From Candidatus Bathyarchaeota archaeon (GTDB lineage Archaea > Thermoproteota > Bathyarchaeia > TCS64), in assembly GCA_963771885.1 (NCBI GenBank), contig CAVYVF010000022.1:32001-96000 (forward strand): a stretch of DNA of 64,000 bases. Direction: 5' to 3'. The notes beneath the pieces were generated by a model that saw nothing but the letters and a program-made list of their open reading frames with translations, had not been told where the DNA came from and did not search any database. This document shows, piece by piece, positions 49,713 to 60,015 of the stretch. Position numbers and translations under genes: made by a program. Positions within the stretch are counted from its first letter, which is position 1, and every line of letters begins with the position of its first letter.

Positions 49713-50613
49713 ATGAGCAAGATGACACCATTCCAGCGCGTAGAGGGCGAGGAGATAATGGCCCTCGGCAACAGCAGCTGCCAGGGCTGTGGACACGCTA
49801 CGCTGGCCCGCATCACATTCAAGGTGCTGGGCAGAAACACAGTCTACACGTCGCGTCCCCGGGTGCATCTGGATCGCGCTTCAGGGGAGCATACCCCTCT
49901 ACTGGAAGGGCACCGTCTTCGAGGGCGGAGGCGCACTCATCTCGGGCATCACGAACGGCTTGGAGGCTGTCGGAAAGGACATGACCGTCGTCGGCTTCTA
50001 CGGCGACGGAGGAACCGCAGACATCGGGCTTCAGGCAATGAGCGCAGCGGCTGAGCGCAACGAGAACGTGCTCTGGATATGCGCGGACAACGAGGCGTAT
50101 ATGAACACGGGTGGGCAGCGCAGCGGGCTCACCCCCATCTACGCGTCTACAACTACGACGCCAGCTGCCAAGGAGAGCAGGGGGAAGAAGTCGAACAAGA
50201 AGAACGTCCCCTTCATCATGGCGGCTCACAACATTCCATACGTTGCCACGGCGAGCGTCGCCTACCCCAACGACCTCATCGGCAAACTCCAGTACGCAAA
50301 GACCGTCAAGGGCTTCAAGTACATACACGTCCAGAGCCCCTGCCCCACGGGCTGGGGATTCGACCCCGCGCGCACCATCAAGGTGGCGCGCCTAATGGTC
50401 GAGTCGGGCATGTGGCCCCTCTACGAGGTCACAGAGGGCGGTAACTTCAAGCTCAACTACAAGCCGAAGGAGCTGAAGCCAGTCAGGGAGGCGCTCAGCC
50501 TGCAGGGCAGGTTCAGGCACCTCGACGACTCGGAGTACGAGTACGTGCAGGGGCAGGCGGTCGAGCGCTGGAGGCAGCTTCTTGACGTCGACGGCAAGCG
50601 GCTACCACTGTAG
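49713..50613 (+). CDS. 2-oxoacid:ferredoxin oxidoreductase beta subunit (frameshift at ~49855)
   Basis: CQGCG, GDGGTADIG, DNEAYMNTGGQRS, SPCPTGW. Confidence 0.9.
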
Positions 50614-50652
50614 CCCTCCCACTTTTTAGGTCTAATTCATCTATACTCCCTC

Positions 50653-52179
50653 ATGGCTGGGCGTAGGGTCATCCTCGTCGTCCGAGACGGCTGGGGATAC
50701 TCGGAGGAGACGAAGGGCAACGCCGTCAGGCAGTCGAAGGTGCCGAATGACACGCGCTACATGAGGGAGTACCCGTGGACGCTCCTGAAGTGCACGGGTA
50801 ACGCCGTGGGGCTCCCCGAGGGGACGCAGGGCGGCTCGGAGCCGGGGCACCTCACGATGGGCGCGGGGCGCATCGTCTGGCAGCCCTTCGAGGAGATAAA
50901 CCAAGCCATCTACAATGGCAGCTTCTACGAGAACCCCGCACTCCTCGGCGCCGTCGAGAACTGCAAGGAGAAGGACTCCGCACTCCACCTCATGGGGCTC
51001 CTCAGCGACCAGGGCATACACGGCTCAACCTTCCACCTCTACTCACTCCTCGAACTCGCGAAGCGCAACGGATTGGAGGAGGTCTACATCCACTGCTTCC
51101 TCGATGGGCGCGATGTCCCAGAGCGCTCCGCCAAGGGCTTCATCGAGGAGACGCTTCGCCAGACCAAGGAGAAGGGCGTCGGCAGGATCGCCAGCATGAT
51201 CGGGCGATACTACGCTATGGACAGGGACACAAACTGGGACCGTACGCTCAAGGCGTACGACCTACTCACCCAGGGAGAGGGGTGGAAGGAGGAGGACTCG
51301 ATGGAGGCTATCGACCACGCCTACAAGAGGGGGGATCCCACCGACTACTATATCCAGCCCATCGCCATGGTCGAGGACGGAAAGCATGTCGCCACAATCG
51401 ACGCGGAGGACTCCGTCATTTTCTGGAACTTCCGTAGCGACCGCGCACGCCAGATCACCTACGCCCTCACGCAGAATGGATTCGACCACTTCCCCCGCAA
51501 GAAGTTCCCGCGCGTCCACTTCGTCTGCATGAGCGGATACGACAAGCACTTAGCCCTCCCAGTCGCCTTTCCCCAGAACACGGTGGAGAACAACCTCGCG
51601 CAGGTACTCGCTGCGAGGGGGCTGAAGCAGCTTAGGATCGCTGAGACGGAGAAGTATGCACACGTCACCTTCTTCTTTAACAGCCAGATAGAGGACCCCG
51701 TCCCTGGGGAGGACAGGGTACTCGTCCCGAGCTTGAAGGTGGCGAGCTACGAGGAGAAGCCCGAGATGAGCGCCTTTGAGATCACCGCGAAGCTCGTGCC
51801 CGAGATCATGAGGGGTGTCTACGACTTCGTCCTCGTCAACTACGCGAACGGTGATCTCGTCGGACACAGTGCTAACCTGAAGGCGGGAATCAAGGCGTGT
51901 GAGGTTGTCGACGAATGCGTGGGGCGCGTTGTGGAAGCTGGGCTCGCGAAGGGTTACTCGATCCTCGTCACTGGGGACCACGGCAACATCGAGACGATGT
52001 TCTACCCAAACGGCGAGCCGAACCCAAGCCACGGCACTAACCCGGTCCCACTCATCCTGATCAGCCCCGATAAGAGGAAACTAAGGGAGGGACTCGGGCT
52101 CAGCAGCGTCGCCCCCACGATCCTTTCCTTAATGGGCATATCAAAGCCGTCCGAAATGACGGCGGAGAGCCTCATCTAG
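50653..52179 (+). CDS. gpmI: 2,3-bisphosphoglycerate-independent phosphoglycerate mutase (bacterial-like GpmI)
   Basis: DGWG, GGSEPGH, GRYYAMDRD, NFRSDRARQ, ETEKYAHVTFF, DHGN. Confidence 0.93.
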   Translation: MAGRRVILVVRDGWGYSEETKGNAVRQSKVPNDTRYMREYPWTLLKCTGNAVGLPEGTQGGSEPGHLTMGAGRIVWQPFEEINQAIYNGSFYENPALLGAVENCKEKDSALHLMGLLSDQGIHGSTFHLYSLLELAKRNGLEEVYIHCFLDGRDVPERSAKGFIEETLRQTKEKGVGRIASMIGRYYAMDRDTNWDRTLKAYDLLTQGEGWKEEDSMEAIDHAYKRGDPTDYYIQPIAMVEDGKHVATIDAEDSVIFWNFRSDRARQITYALTQNGFDHFPRKKFPRVHFVCMSGYDKHLALPVAFPQNTVENNLAQVLAARGLKQLRIAETEKYAHVTFFFNSQIEDPVPGEDRVLVPSLKVASYEEKPEMSAFEITAKLVPEIMRGVYDFVLVNYANGDLVGHSANLKAGIKACEVVDECVGRVVEAGLAKGYSILVTGDHGNIETMFYPNGEPNPSHGTNPVPLILISPDKRKLREGLGLSSVAPTILSLMGISKPSEMTAESLI

Positions 52180-52215
52180 CCAACGTTTTATCTCCCCGGA
52201 GCCGCGAGAAAAGCC

Positions 52216-52743
52216 ATGAAGTTCCACCTGCGCCGACTCGACAGGGAGGTCACGGATCAGAAGGCACTCAAGCGGTTGCTTGGCTACCAGCAGTACTTCG
52301 TCATGGGTATGGCGGATGCTGGCGAGCCCTACGTGGTACCTATGGGCTATGTTTACGACGAAGAGGAGAACACTATCTACTTCCACTGCGCCAAGGAGGG
52401 AAAGAAGGTCGAGTTCCTTAAGAAGAACCCGCGGGTCTGGGGCGTCGTCGTCCTCGACGAGGGCGTCCAAGGAGGAGCCTGCGTCAACTTCTACGCCTCT
52501 GCCATGTTCTCGGGAAAGGTCGAATGGATAAACACCCCAGCAGAGAAGAGGAAGATCATGACCCTCTTCGCCGAGAGACTCAGTAAGGACGTCGCTGGAG
52601 TCAAGGATAGGCTTGAGAAGCTATTCGGCGCCGGTGACGCCGCAACAGCGAGCGTTCTCTTCGGCAGGATCAAGGTAGAGGAGCTGAGTGGTAAGCGTAG
52701 CACTGAGATGACCGTCGAGAAGCTCCTCGAACTCACAGCCTAG
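52216..52743 (+). CDS. pyridoxamine 5'-phosphate oxidase / NimA-like flavin-binding protein
   Basis: PYVVPMGY, IYFHCAKEGKK, NPRV. Confidence 0.85.
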   Translation: MKFHLRRLDREVTDQKALKRLLGYQQYFVMGMADAGEPYVVPMGYVYDEEENTIYFHCAKEGKKVEFLKKNPRVWGVVVLDEGVQGGACVNFYASAMFSGKVEWINTPAEKRKIMTLFAERLSKDVAGVKDRLEKLFGAGDAATASVLFGRIKVEELSGKRSTEMTVEKLLELTA

Positions 52744-52785
52744 CAGGTTTAATAAGTAGCCGCTGCCACATCTCCGATTATTAAC

Positions 52786-52864
52786 GAGACAGGTACCCGT
52801 ATTGACCGGCGAAAGGCTGAGTGGATCGGACGACTTCGCCTTCTACACCTGTCTCCCTCTGAGG
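52786..52864 (+). ncRNA. candidate structured 5' leader RNA of the DUF1846 gene
   Basis: Nested stems GAGACAGGT/ACCTGTCTC and GGCGAA/TTCGCC, downstream of a TATA-like TTTAATAA and abutting the SD. Confidence 0.45.
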
Positions 52865-52872
52865 CATAACGC

Positions 52873-54402
52873 ATGACACAGAAGATCGGTTTCAGCACTG
52901 AAAAGTACCTGAAGGCACAGATCGCGAAGATCGAGCAGAGGGTCGGGCTATTTGACAAGCTCTACCTCGAGTTCGGCGGTAAGCTACGCTGGGACAACCA
53001 CGCCAGCCGAGTCCTCCCTGGATACGCCCTCGACACAAAGATACAGATGCTCCAGAGACTCAAGGGCCAGATAGAGATAGTTCACTGCATCTCCGCCAAG
53101 GATATCGAGGCACGCAAGATCAGGGGGGATAGTAGGCTCCCATACGAGGATCAGATACTCAAGGACATTGGCGAGCTTGCTGAACTTGGGCTACCTGTTT
53201 CCGCTGTCGTCATCAACCGCTTCAGCGGCGAGTGGAGCGCCCAGAAGTTCAAGCAGCGCCTCGAGAACAGAGGGCACCGTGTCTTCATCGGATACGAAAT
53301 ACCCAACTATCTGACAGACCTCGATAAGGTGCTGAGTGACGAGGGCTATGGTAAGCCTGAGTACGTGCCGACAGAGAAGAGGATAGTCATAGTCACCGCC
53401 CCCGGTCCGGGTAGTGGAAAGATGAGTTTCGCTATGAGCCAAGTCTATCAGGACAGGAAGAGGGGCATAACCAGTGGATTCGCTAAGTTCGAGACCTTCC
53501 CCATATGGAACCTCGACCTCAACCACCCCGTTAACACCGCATACGAGGCGGCGACCGCCGACCTCGCCGACTACAACCTCGTCGACCCCTTCCACCTCGC
53601 CGCCTATGGCGTCACCTCGATCAACTACAACAGGGACGTTGAGAACTTCGCCATACTCCAGAAGATGATCGAGAAGATGGTAGGGCCCGACGACCCAATG
53701 GCGAAGTACAGGTCGCCGACGGATATGGGTGTAAACATGGCGGCGGAGGGCATCATCGACGATGAGGCGTGCAGGGAGGCTTCGAAGCAGGAGATCGTGC
53801 GACGCTACTTCCGTTATAATAGGGACTTCGTCGAGGGCGCCACTGGGCGGGAGACGCTCCGCAGAATGGATGTTATCATGGCGAAGGTCAGCGTCAAGCC
53901 CGACGACAGATCAGTCGTCTCCCCCGCGAGGGCCGCCGCCGAGGAGGCGGAGAAGGACAAGGCGAGCGGGAAGGGGCACAGGGGTATCTACTGCGGCGCT
54001 GCAATAGAACTCAGCATCGGTGGGAAGACCATCATCACGAAGGGCAAGAATAGCCCGCTCATGCACGCTGAGTCCGCAGCGATCTTGAACGCGGTCAAGC
54101 TACTCGCGAGGTTCCCCGAAGATACTCTGCTCATTAGCCGACCCGTCATCGATAGCATGATCCTCCTCAAGCGTATCTACGGCAGTAGCGCCGCGAGCCT
54201 CGATGTGAAGGAGGTCCTCGACGCACTTGCCGCCAGCTCCGTAGCCGACGCAAAAGCGAGGACATGCGTCGAGGCACTCGCCAAGTTGAGGGGGTGTGAG
54301 ATGCACACGACCCATATGCTCAACAACGGGGATGAGGCGCCTCTCAAGATGCTCGGGATCAACGTCACGACTGATGCCAAGATCCCGCTCCCAACAATCT
54401 AG
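52873..54402 (+). CDS. DUF1846 (UPF0371) family protein
   Basis: LYLEFGGKL, HASRVLPG, TAPGPGSGK, KFETFPIWN, AYEAATADL, SPTDMGVN. Confidence 0.9.
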   Translation: MTQKIGFSTEKYLKAQIAKIEQRVGLFDKLYLEFGGKLRWDNHASRVLPGYALDTKIQMLQRLKGQIEIVHCISAKDIEARKIRGDSRLPYEDQILKDIGELAELGLPVSAVVINRFSGEWSAQKFKQRLENRGHRVFIGYEIPNYLTDLDKVLSDEGYGKPEYVPTEKRIVIVTAPGPGSGKMSFAMSQVYQDRKRGITSGFAKFETFPIWNLDLNHPVNTAYEAATADLADYNLVDPFHLAAYGVTSINYNRDVENFAILQKMIEKMVGPDDPMAKYRSPTDMGVNMAAEGIIDDEACREASKQEIVRRYFRYNRDFVEGATGRETLRRMDVIMAKVSVKPDDRSVVSPARAAAEEAEKDKASGKGHRGIYCGAAIELSIGGKTIITKGKNSPLMHAESAAILNAVKLLARFPEDTLLISRPVIDSMILLKRIYGSSAASLDVKEVLDALAASSVADAKARTCVEALAKLRGCEMHTTHMLNNGDEAPLKMLGINVTTDAKIPLPTI

Positions 54403-54548
54403 GAAGAAATGAACTCATTTTTCTTATAATATCCGATGTATGCAATTTTCCAGCATACAACTCGTAACATTTAAGGAAAATTATACTTTACGAAGGATTT
54501 ATACCAAGCTATCGGCGAGTCTTCGAGTATTATGGGCAGGTATCCCCC

Positions 54549-56178
54549 TTGACGAAGTACGTTTTTATTACCGGCGGGGTGCTCAGCGGCATCGGTAAGG
54601 GACTCGTCACATGCAGCGTTGGAAAGATGCTGCAGGTGCGCGGATTCAACGTGTCCGCTATCAAGTGCGACCCCTACCTCAACGTTGACGCGGGCACAAT
54701 GAACCCCTACATACACGGTGAGGTCTTCGTTCTCGACGACGGCTACGAGGCAGATATGGATCTTGGCATGTATGAGAGGTTCCTCGGAGTCGAACTCTCG
54801 GGACTCAACAACGTCACGAGTGGCCAGCTCTACCAGCAGGTAGTACGCAGGGAGCGCGAGGGCGGCTATCTTGGGCGCTGCGTACAGATCATTCCACACA
54901 TCACTGATGAGGTGAAACGACGCATTCGCCTCGTTTCGGAGAAGAGCAAGGCAGATGTCATCCTCGTCGAATGTGGCGGTACAGTAGGTGACATCGAGAG
55001 CCTCCCCTTCCTTGAGGCCTTCCGCCAGATGAGGCAAGAGGAGAAGCGGGGCGACACTATCCTCGTCCACGTCACACTCGTCCCCGTCCTCGAGGCGGTT
55101 GGCGAGCCAAAGACGAAACCAACCCAGCACAGCGTTAAGGAGCTGCGTGCCATAGGGTTACAGCCAGATATCATAGTGACGCGGTGCGACGCGGGCGAGC
55201 TGCCGGCGAGCGCTAAGCAAAAGATCGCTCTTTACTGCAGTGTCGAGGAGCGGGCTGTCTTCACTAGCGTCAACGTCGAGTCTCTCTACGAGCTCCCCCT
55301 CGTGCTTGAGGGGCAGGGGATGGGGGACGTCGTCTCCGAGTACCTCGGTCTCGACAAGCCGAAGGCGGAGTTCAGCGACTGGAGGAAGATGGTGGCACAG
55401 TACAAGGAGCCCACAGATTCGGTTCGCATCGCCATGTGTGGCAAGTACGCCGAGTTGCGGGACTGCTACGTCAGCGTCAACGAGGCTCTCCGCCACGCTG
55501 CGGCCGCATCAGGCTGCAGGATCAACATCGACTGGATAGAGACGGAGGAGTTCGAGAAGCACCCCGAGAAGGTATCGGTGCTCTCTGGCTTCGACGGCGT
55601 CATCGTCCCCGGCGGCTTCGGGAAACGCGGCGCACTCGGTAAGGTGCGCACTATAGAGTACTGCAGGACGCAGGACAAGCCTCTCCTCGGAATCTGCTAT
55701 GGTCTTCAGCTCAGCATAGTCGAGGTGAGCCGCGACATACTAGGGCTCGAAGGATGCGGACAGTACCGAGTGTGAGCCGAAGACGACGAATCCCGTCATC
55801 GATCTTCTCCCCGAGCAGAGGGGCGTCAACGAACTAGGGGGCACGATGCGCCTAGGCTCCCACCCCGTGCACGTAAAGCCGGGGACAATCGCACACAGGC
55901 TCTATGGCAGCGAGCTCATCCATGAGCGCCACCGCCACAGGTGGGAGGTCAACCCTGAATACTGGGAACGCCTTGAGAAGGCGGGAATAGTATTCAGCGC
56001 GTGGAGCACGGACGGTCGCCGCAAGGAGATGATAGAGATACCGAGCAACTACTTCTTCTTCGGCACTCAGTTCCACCCCGAGTTCAAAAGCCGCCCATGG
56101 AAGCCCAGCCCACCCTATTATGGCCTGGTCAAGGCGAGCTACGACAAGAAACGCGGCAAGCCAAGACCCGAGTTCTAA
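54549..56178 (+). CDS. pyrG: CTP synthase (frameshift at ~55750)
   Basis: [53 protein letters not shown]. Confidence 0.95.
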
Positions 56179-56328
56179 AAGGATAGGGGAATTGGATACA
56201 CCTTCCTAATCGTAGATAGCCTGTTTCTCCAAAATAATCCCTAAAACAGCTCCGTCAAAGCTGATTTAATCAAATGAAGCACATAGCACGCGAATGGATC
56301 TAAGCAAAATAATACACGATCGTTTAAC

Positions 56329-57042
56329 TCAGTCGACGAAGTGCTTGTATGTTCCGTCCCTGAGTTTCTTGTAGACAACATCAAGTACGTCGGGAGGCGC
56401 GACTTTGAGAGCCTCCTGACCTACTGGTTGAGGCGTTCCCTTTAGGGTCCCCTTCGTCCACTGGTCGACAGCGTATACCATCAGCTCCCCCGCGAGGGCG
56501 ATCGTCTCCCAGCAGAGCTTTTCGTATGTGTCGCCCCTGTGAACGGGGATGACCTGCTTCTTGATTATGGGACCCGTGTCGATGCTCGGGTCGATGAAGT
56601 GGACGGTGCAGCCGATGGGTATGTCGAAGTAGATGCTCCAAGCTACGCTCGCGGAGCCCCTGCACTCGGGGAGGAGTCCCGGATGGCTGTTCAGCATACC
56701 GTCTTTCGGGATCGTGATGAGGGCGGGCTTAATGATTCGCGTACCCCCGAGGACGACGAGGTCCGGCTTAAGCCTCTCCAGTAGCTCCCGTGACTCACTC
56801 TTGTTGTGGTGTGGGACAGAGTGGCGCTCAATCTTCGTGCCCTTGAGCAGCTCTGTGAAGGTTGGGGCGACGGGGAATCCCTTGATGCGTGTTAGAAACT
56901 TTTCCCTCTCCTCGTCGCCGATAGGCGAGTCTTCCTCGATGATAGCCCGGGGCTCGAAGCCTGCGGCGAGGAGCTGGCGGAGCATCTCCCTCCCATAGGG
57001 GTGTTCCTTCAGTACCATGAAGTCATAGTTGAGCCTAGCCAT
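56329..57042 (-). CDS. formyltransferase family protein
   Basis: LNSHPGLLP..RG, GCTVH, IDTGPII. Confidence 0.8.
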   Translation of the reverse strand: MARLNYDFMVLKEHPYGREMLRQLLAAGFEPRAIIEEDSPIGDEEREKFLTRIKGFPVAPTFTELLKGTKIERHSVPHHNKSESRELLERLKPDLVVLGGTRIIKPALITIPKDGMLNSHPGLLPECRGSASVAWSIYFDIPIGCTVHFIDPSIDTGPIIKKQVIPVHRGDTYEKLCWETIALAGELMVYAVDQWTKGTLKGTPQPVGQEALKVAPPDVLDVVYKKLRDGTYKHFVD

Positions 57043-57078
57043 GTGGAAGATGAGTGTGCAGGGGATAAGAAGATTCGG

Positions 57079-57876
57079 CTACATGAGGGCGAATTTCAGT
57101 GCCTCGCCGCAGCCACAGGTTCTCTCCGCGGGTAACCCGGGGAGCGCCCCCATGACCAGATTCTTGAAGTTCGACGCGTTCTGGTGCATAACCTCAACTA
57201 CGTCCGTAGCGCTCACGGGTTTCTCCGCCCATACGTCGTAGTCGGTCACCATCGCGATGGAGACGTAGCACATCTCCGCCTCACGAGCCAGCACAGCCTC
57301 CGGGTAGAGGGTCATCCCGATTATGTCGCAGCCCCACTGCTTGAAGAGCTTCGACTCTGCGCGAGTGCTGAAGCGGGGTCCCTGTATGCACACGTATGTT
57401 CCGTTCTCGTGTACGGGGAGCTTGATTTTCCTCGCGTACTTCAGGAAGTAGTTGTGGAGTTGGGGACAGACTGGGTCGGCGCTGCTTATGTGGCATACCT
57501 GTCCGCCGTCGTAGAAGGTGTCGGGGCGAGCCTTTGTCCTGTCTATGAACTGGTCGGTGAGTACGAACTCCCCCGGTTTGTAGTCGACGCGTAGGCTTCC
57601 CACGGCGCTTGAAGCGACTATCTGCTCGACTCCTAGCGACTTGAGTGCCCAGATGTTCGCACGTGCGTTTATCGCGTGTGGTGGTATGACGTGCCCGTGA
57701 CCGTGGCGGGGAAGGAAGGCGACGCTCCTCCCCTTGATTGTGCCCAGTGTGATGAGGTCGGACGGTGCCCCGTAAGGGGTATGCACCTTGATGTCCCGCC
57801 TATCTTCGAGCATCTCGGGGTCGTAAACACCCGTACCTCCAATTACGCCGATCTCGGCCCGCTTATCACCAGACAT
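57079..57876 (-). CDS. mtnP: S-methyl-5'-thioadenosine phosphorylase
   Basis: IGGTG, TPYG, PRHG, GPRFSTRAES, GMT, VTDYDVW. Confidence 0.9.
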   Translation of the reverse strand: MSGDKRAEIGVIGGTGVYDPEMLEDRRDIKVHTPYGAPSDLITLGTIKGRSVAFLPRHGHGHVIPPHAINARANIWALKSLGVEQIVASSAVGSLRVDYKPGEFVLTDQFIDRTKARPDTFYDGGQVCHISSADPVCPQLHNYFLKYARKIKLPVHENGTYVCIQGPRFSTRAESKLFKQWGCDIIGMTLYPEAVLAREAEMCYVSIAMVTDYDVWAEKPVSATDVVEVMHQNASNFKNLVMGALPGLPAERTCGCGEALKFALM

Positions 57877-57968
57877 CGCAGAGAAAGTACGTGGTATTTA
57901 TGATAAGGTTTTGTCCGCAGCCCCCCGCTAAACGTTTAAGAATCGCCTCAGCGTTTCCCACGGGCTAA

Positions 57969-59189
57969 GTGGGTCCCTTGGAGAAGAAAAGCGGCTTTGC
58001 GTTGATACTGCTGGCGTCCCTCTGGATCACATACTATGGCGAGAACTTTCTTAAGGCGGCCTCCTCGGCGTTGTCACCCGTGCTCATACAGGAGTTGGGC
58101 ATAAATAAGGGGACAATGGGGCTTCTCATCACGGCCTTTTTCATCATCTACGGTATCATGCAGATCCCCGCTGGAATGTTCACCGACATGTGGGGGCCCC
58201 GGAAGACAATCCTTGGCTTCACGTGCCTCACTATCGTCGGCATCTTCCTTTTCTGGGTGAGCTTCCGCTTCGAGATGCTCGTCGTCGCCCAGATAATCAT
58301 GGGTGTCGGCTGCAGCGTTTTCTACATTAATGCGGTAAGCATGATTACACACTGGTTCCCGGTTGAGCGAAAGGCTACCGCCATCGGCATATTGAGCGCC
58401 GCTAGCGGGCTTGGCAACTTCACCAGCTATATGGGCTTCCCAATCGCTAACACGATCTTCGGCGGCTGGAGGAACCTCTACGTCATCGTCGCCTTGATAC
58501 TTGTCGTCAACACGGGGATGAACTTCTTCATACTCAAGGATAATCATGCTTCGAGGACTGAGAGGAAGTCGGCGATGACAACGCTCAGGGCCTTCGCAGA
58601 GGTCCTCAAGGACAAGCGCATCTACCCCTTCATACTCGGTTATCTACTCCTCAGCTTCGGTTGGGTCCTCAACTCGTGGATGACCCTTTTCCTCATGGAG
58701 ACGAAGGGGCTCACATACGTCGAGGGCGGGCTCGTCACCAGCCTCGGCACAATCGCGGGGATACCAGGATGTATCGCGATGGGCGCCATCTCGGACAGGC
58801 TCAAGAAGAGAAAGCTCCCCCTCATGATCTTCTCGTGCCTTTACACTATCATAGTTTCGACCTTCATCTTCGCCCCCGCGGGTCTGCCTCTCCCCCTCCT
58901 CATGGTGCTCTCATTCGGCATCAACTTCTGCGGTTCCATGTGGGTGCTCTTCTTCAGCATGGTCCCAGAGGTTCTCCCCATCGAGAAGGCGAGCATTGGG
59001 CTTGGCCTAGTCAACGGGCTCGGAACCATCGGCTATTCGATAATCACTCCATTCTATGGGTCGCTCATCGACATCACAGGAGGCTACTTCGCCTCGAACA
59101 TGGTGATGATCTGCAGTGCACTCATCATGACCGCCACTATGGTCCTCTTCACGAAGGAGACATACGGTGGGCTGAAGAAGACCAGTTAG
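57969..59189 (+). CDS. MFS transporter
   Basis: ~12 TM; GMFTDMWGPRK, WFPVERKATAIG, GAISDRLKKRK. Confidence 0.9.
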   Translation: MGPLEKKSGFALILLASLWITYYGENFLKAASSALSPVLIQELGINKGTMGLLITAFFIIYGIMQIPAGMFTDMWGPRKTILGFTCLTIVGIFLFWVSFRFEMLVVAQIIMGVGCSVFYINAVSMITHWFPVERKATAIGILSAASGLGNFTSYMGFPIANTIFGGWRNLYVIVALILVVNTGMNFFILKDNHASRTERKSAMTTLRAFAEVLKDKRIYPFILGYLLLSFGWVLNSWMTLFLMETKGLTYVEGGLVTSLGTIAGIPGCIAMGAISDRLKKRKLPLMIFSCLYTIIVSTFIFAPAGLPLPLLMVLSFGINFCGSMWVLFFSMVPEVLPIEKASIGLGLVNGLGTIGYSIITPFYGSLIDITGGYFASNMVMICSALIMTATMVLFTKETYGGLKKTS

Positions 59190-59925
59190 ACGAACGCTCA
59201 TCCCTTGGGTTAGAGTCCCATAATTTGGGGTTCTGCACAATCTTCTTACCCCGGAACCAGAGAGTCATCGTTTTCCCATTAGGCTGGATCAGGAAGCCGT
59301 CTAAGAATCCTATACCATCGGATGGTGTGCGAATCCCGAACCAGTGCAAAAGCAGGCACCCAACCCAGACATCGTGGGTGATGTATATGTCCAACCCCGC
59401 GGGCTCCGCTGACTCGAGGCTGGCTTGGGTGTGATCCGCGAAGAATTGGGCGAAACTCAACGAGTCGCAGAAGGCAGGAGGCGTTAAACCCGTGCACCAG
59501 TTGTTAGCGAAGTTGATCGACGCTTCGACCTCATCTCGACTCCGCTTAAGGTTCTCAGAGAGATACTTTGAGGCTTTCTCAAGGTCTCGTATCATCAGGT
59601 CATCGATCTTTCTTGAATATGCGGGCTCGTTGCCGCGGGAAGTCAATCCCTCCCCGATGCACTGGGCCGTCTCCTCCGCCCTCTTGATCTTCGTGGAGTG
59701 GAGACGAATCCTTCTATCAGGGGGAATACCTCTCCCGAACTCCACCGCGGCCTCACGCCCCACAATCGTGCATTGTAGCTGGTTACTTGTATCAGGGTTG
59801 TAGGGGGGACGTTCCGTGTGACGGATGTGAAGCACAGCTGGCTTGTCTGGTTCAAGTTCGTTGAGGCTTTCGAGGAGACTCCGTGCAGGCTTACCCCAAG
59901 CCACGGATTTGAGGAAGCTTGCCAC
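59149..59925 (-). CDS. histidine phosphatase family protein
   Basis: IRHTER, STKIKRAEETA, ITHD. Confidence 0.75.
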   Translation of the reverse strand: MASFLKSVAWGKPARSLLESLNELEPDKPAVLHIRHTERPPYNPDTSNQLQCTIVGREAAVEFGRGIPPDRRIRLHSTKIKRAEETAQCIGEGLTSRGNEPAYSRKIDDLMIRDLEKASKYLSENLKRSRDEVEASINFANNWCTGLTPPAFCDSLSFAQFFADHTQASLESAEPAGLDIYITHDVWVGCLLLHWFGIRTPSDGIGFLDGFLIQPNGKTMTLWFRGKKIVQNPKLWDSNPRDERSSNWSSSAHRMSPS

Positions 59926-60015
59926 GAGGAAGGATTCGCTTCTTTCTTTAAATACTCATCGCGACGACGATGCCGACGCCCTTTTAACCCCTGCCTCAGA
60001 CGGTGGATTTAGAAA

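Noticed and set aside
52786..52864. TPP riboswitch or H/ACA guide assignment
   Set aside because: GCTGAG is present but the other TPP core elements are missing, and no ACA box follows the stem
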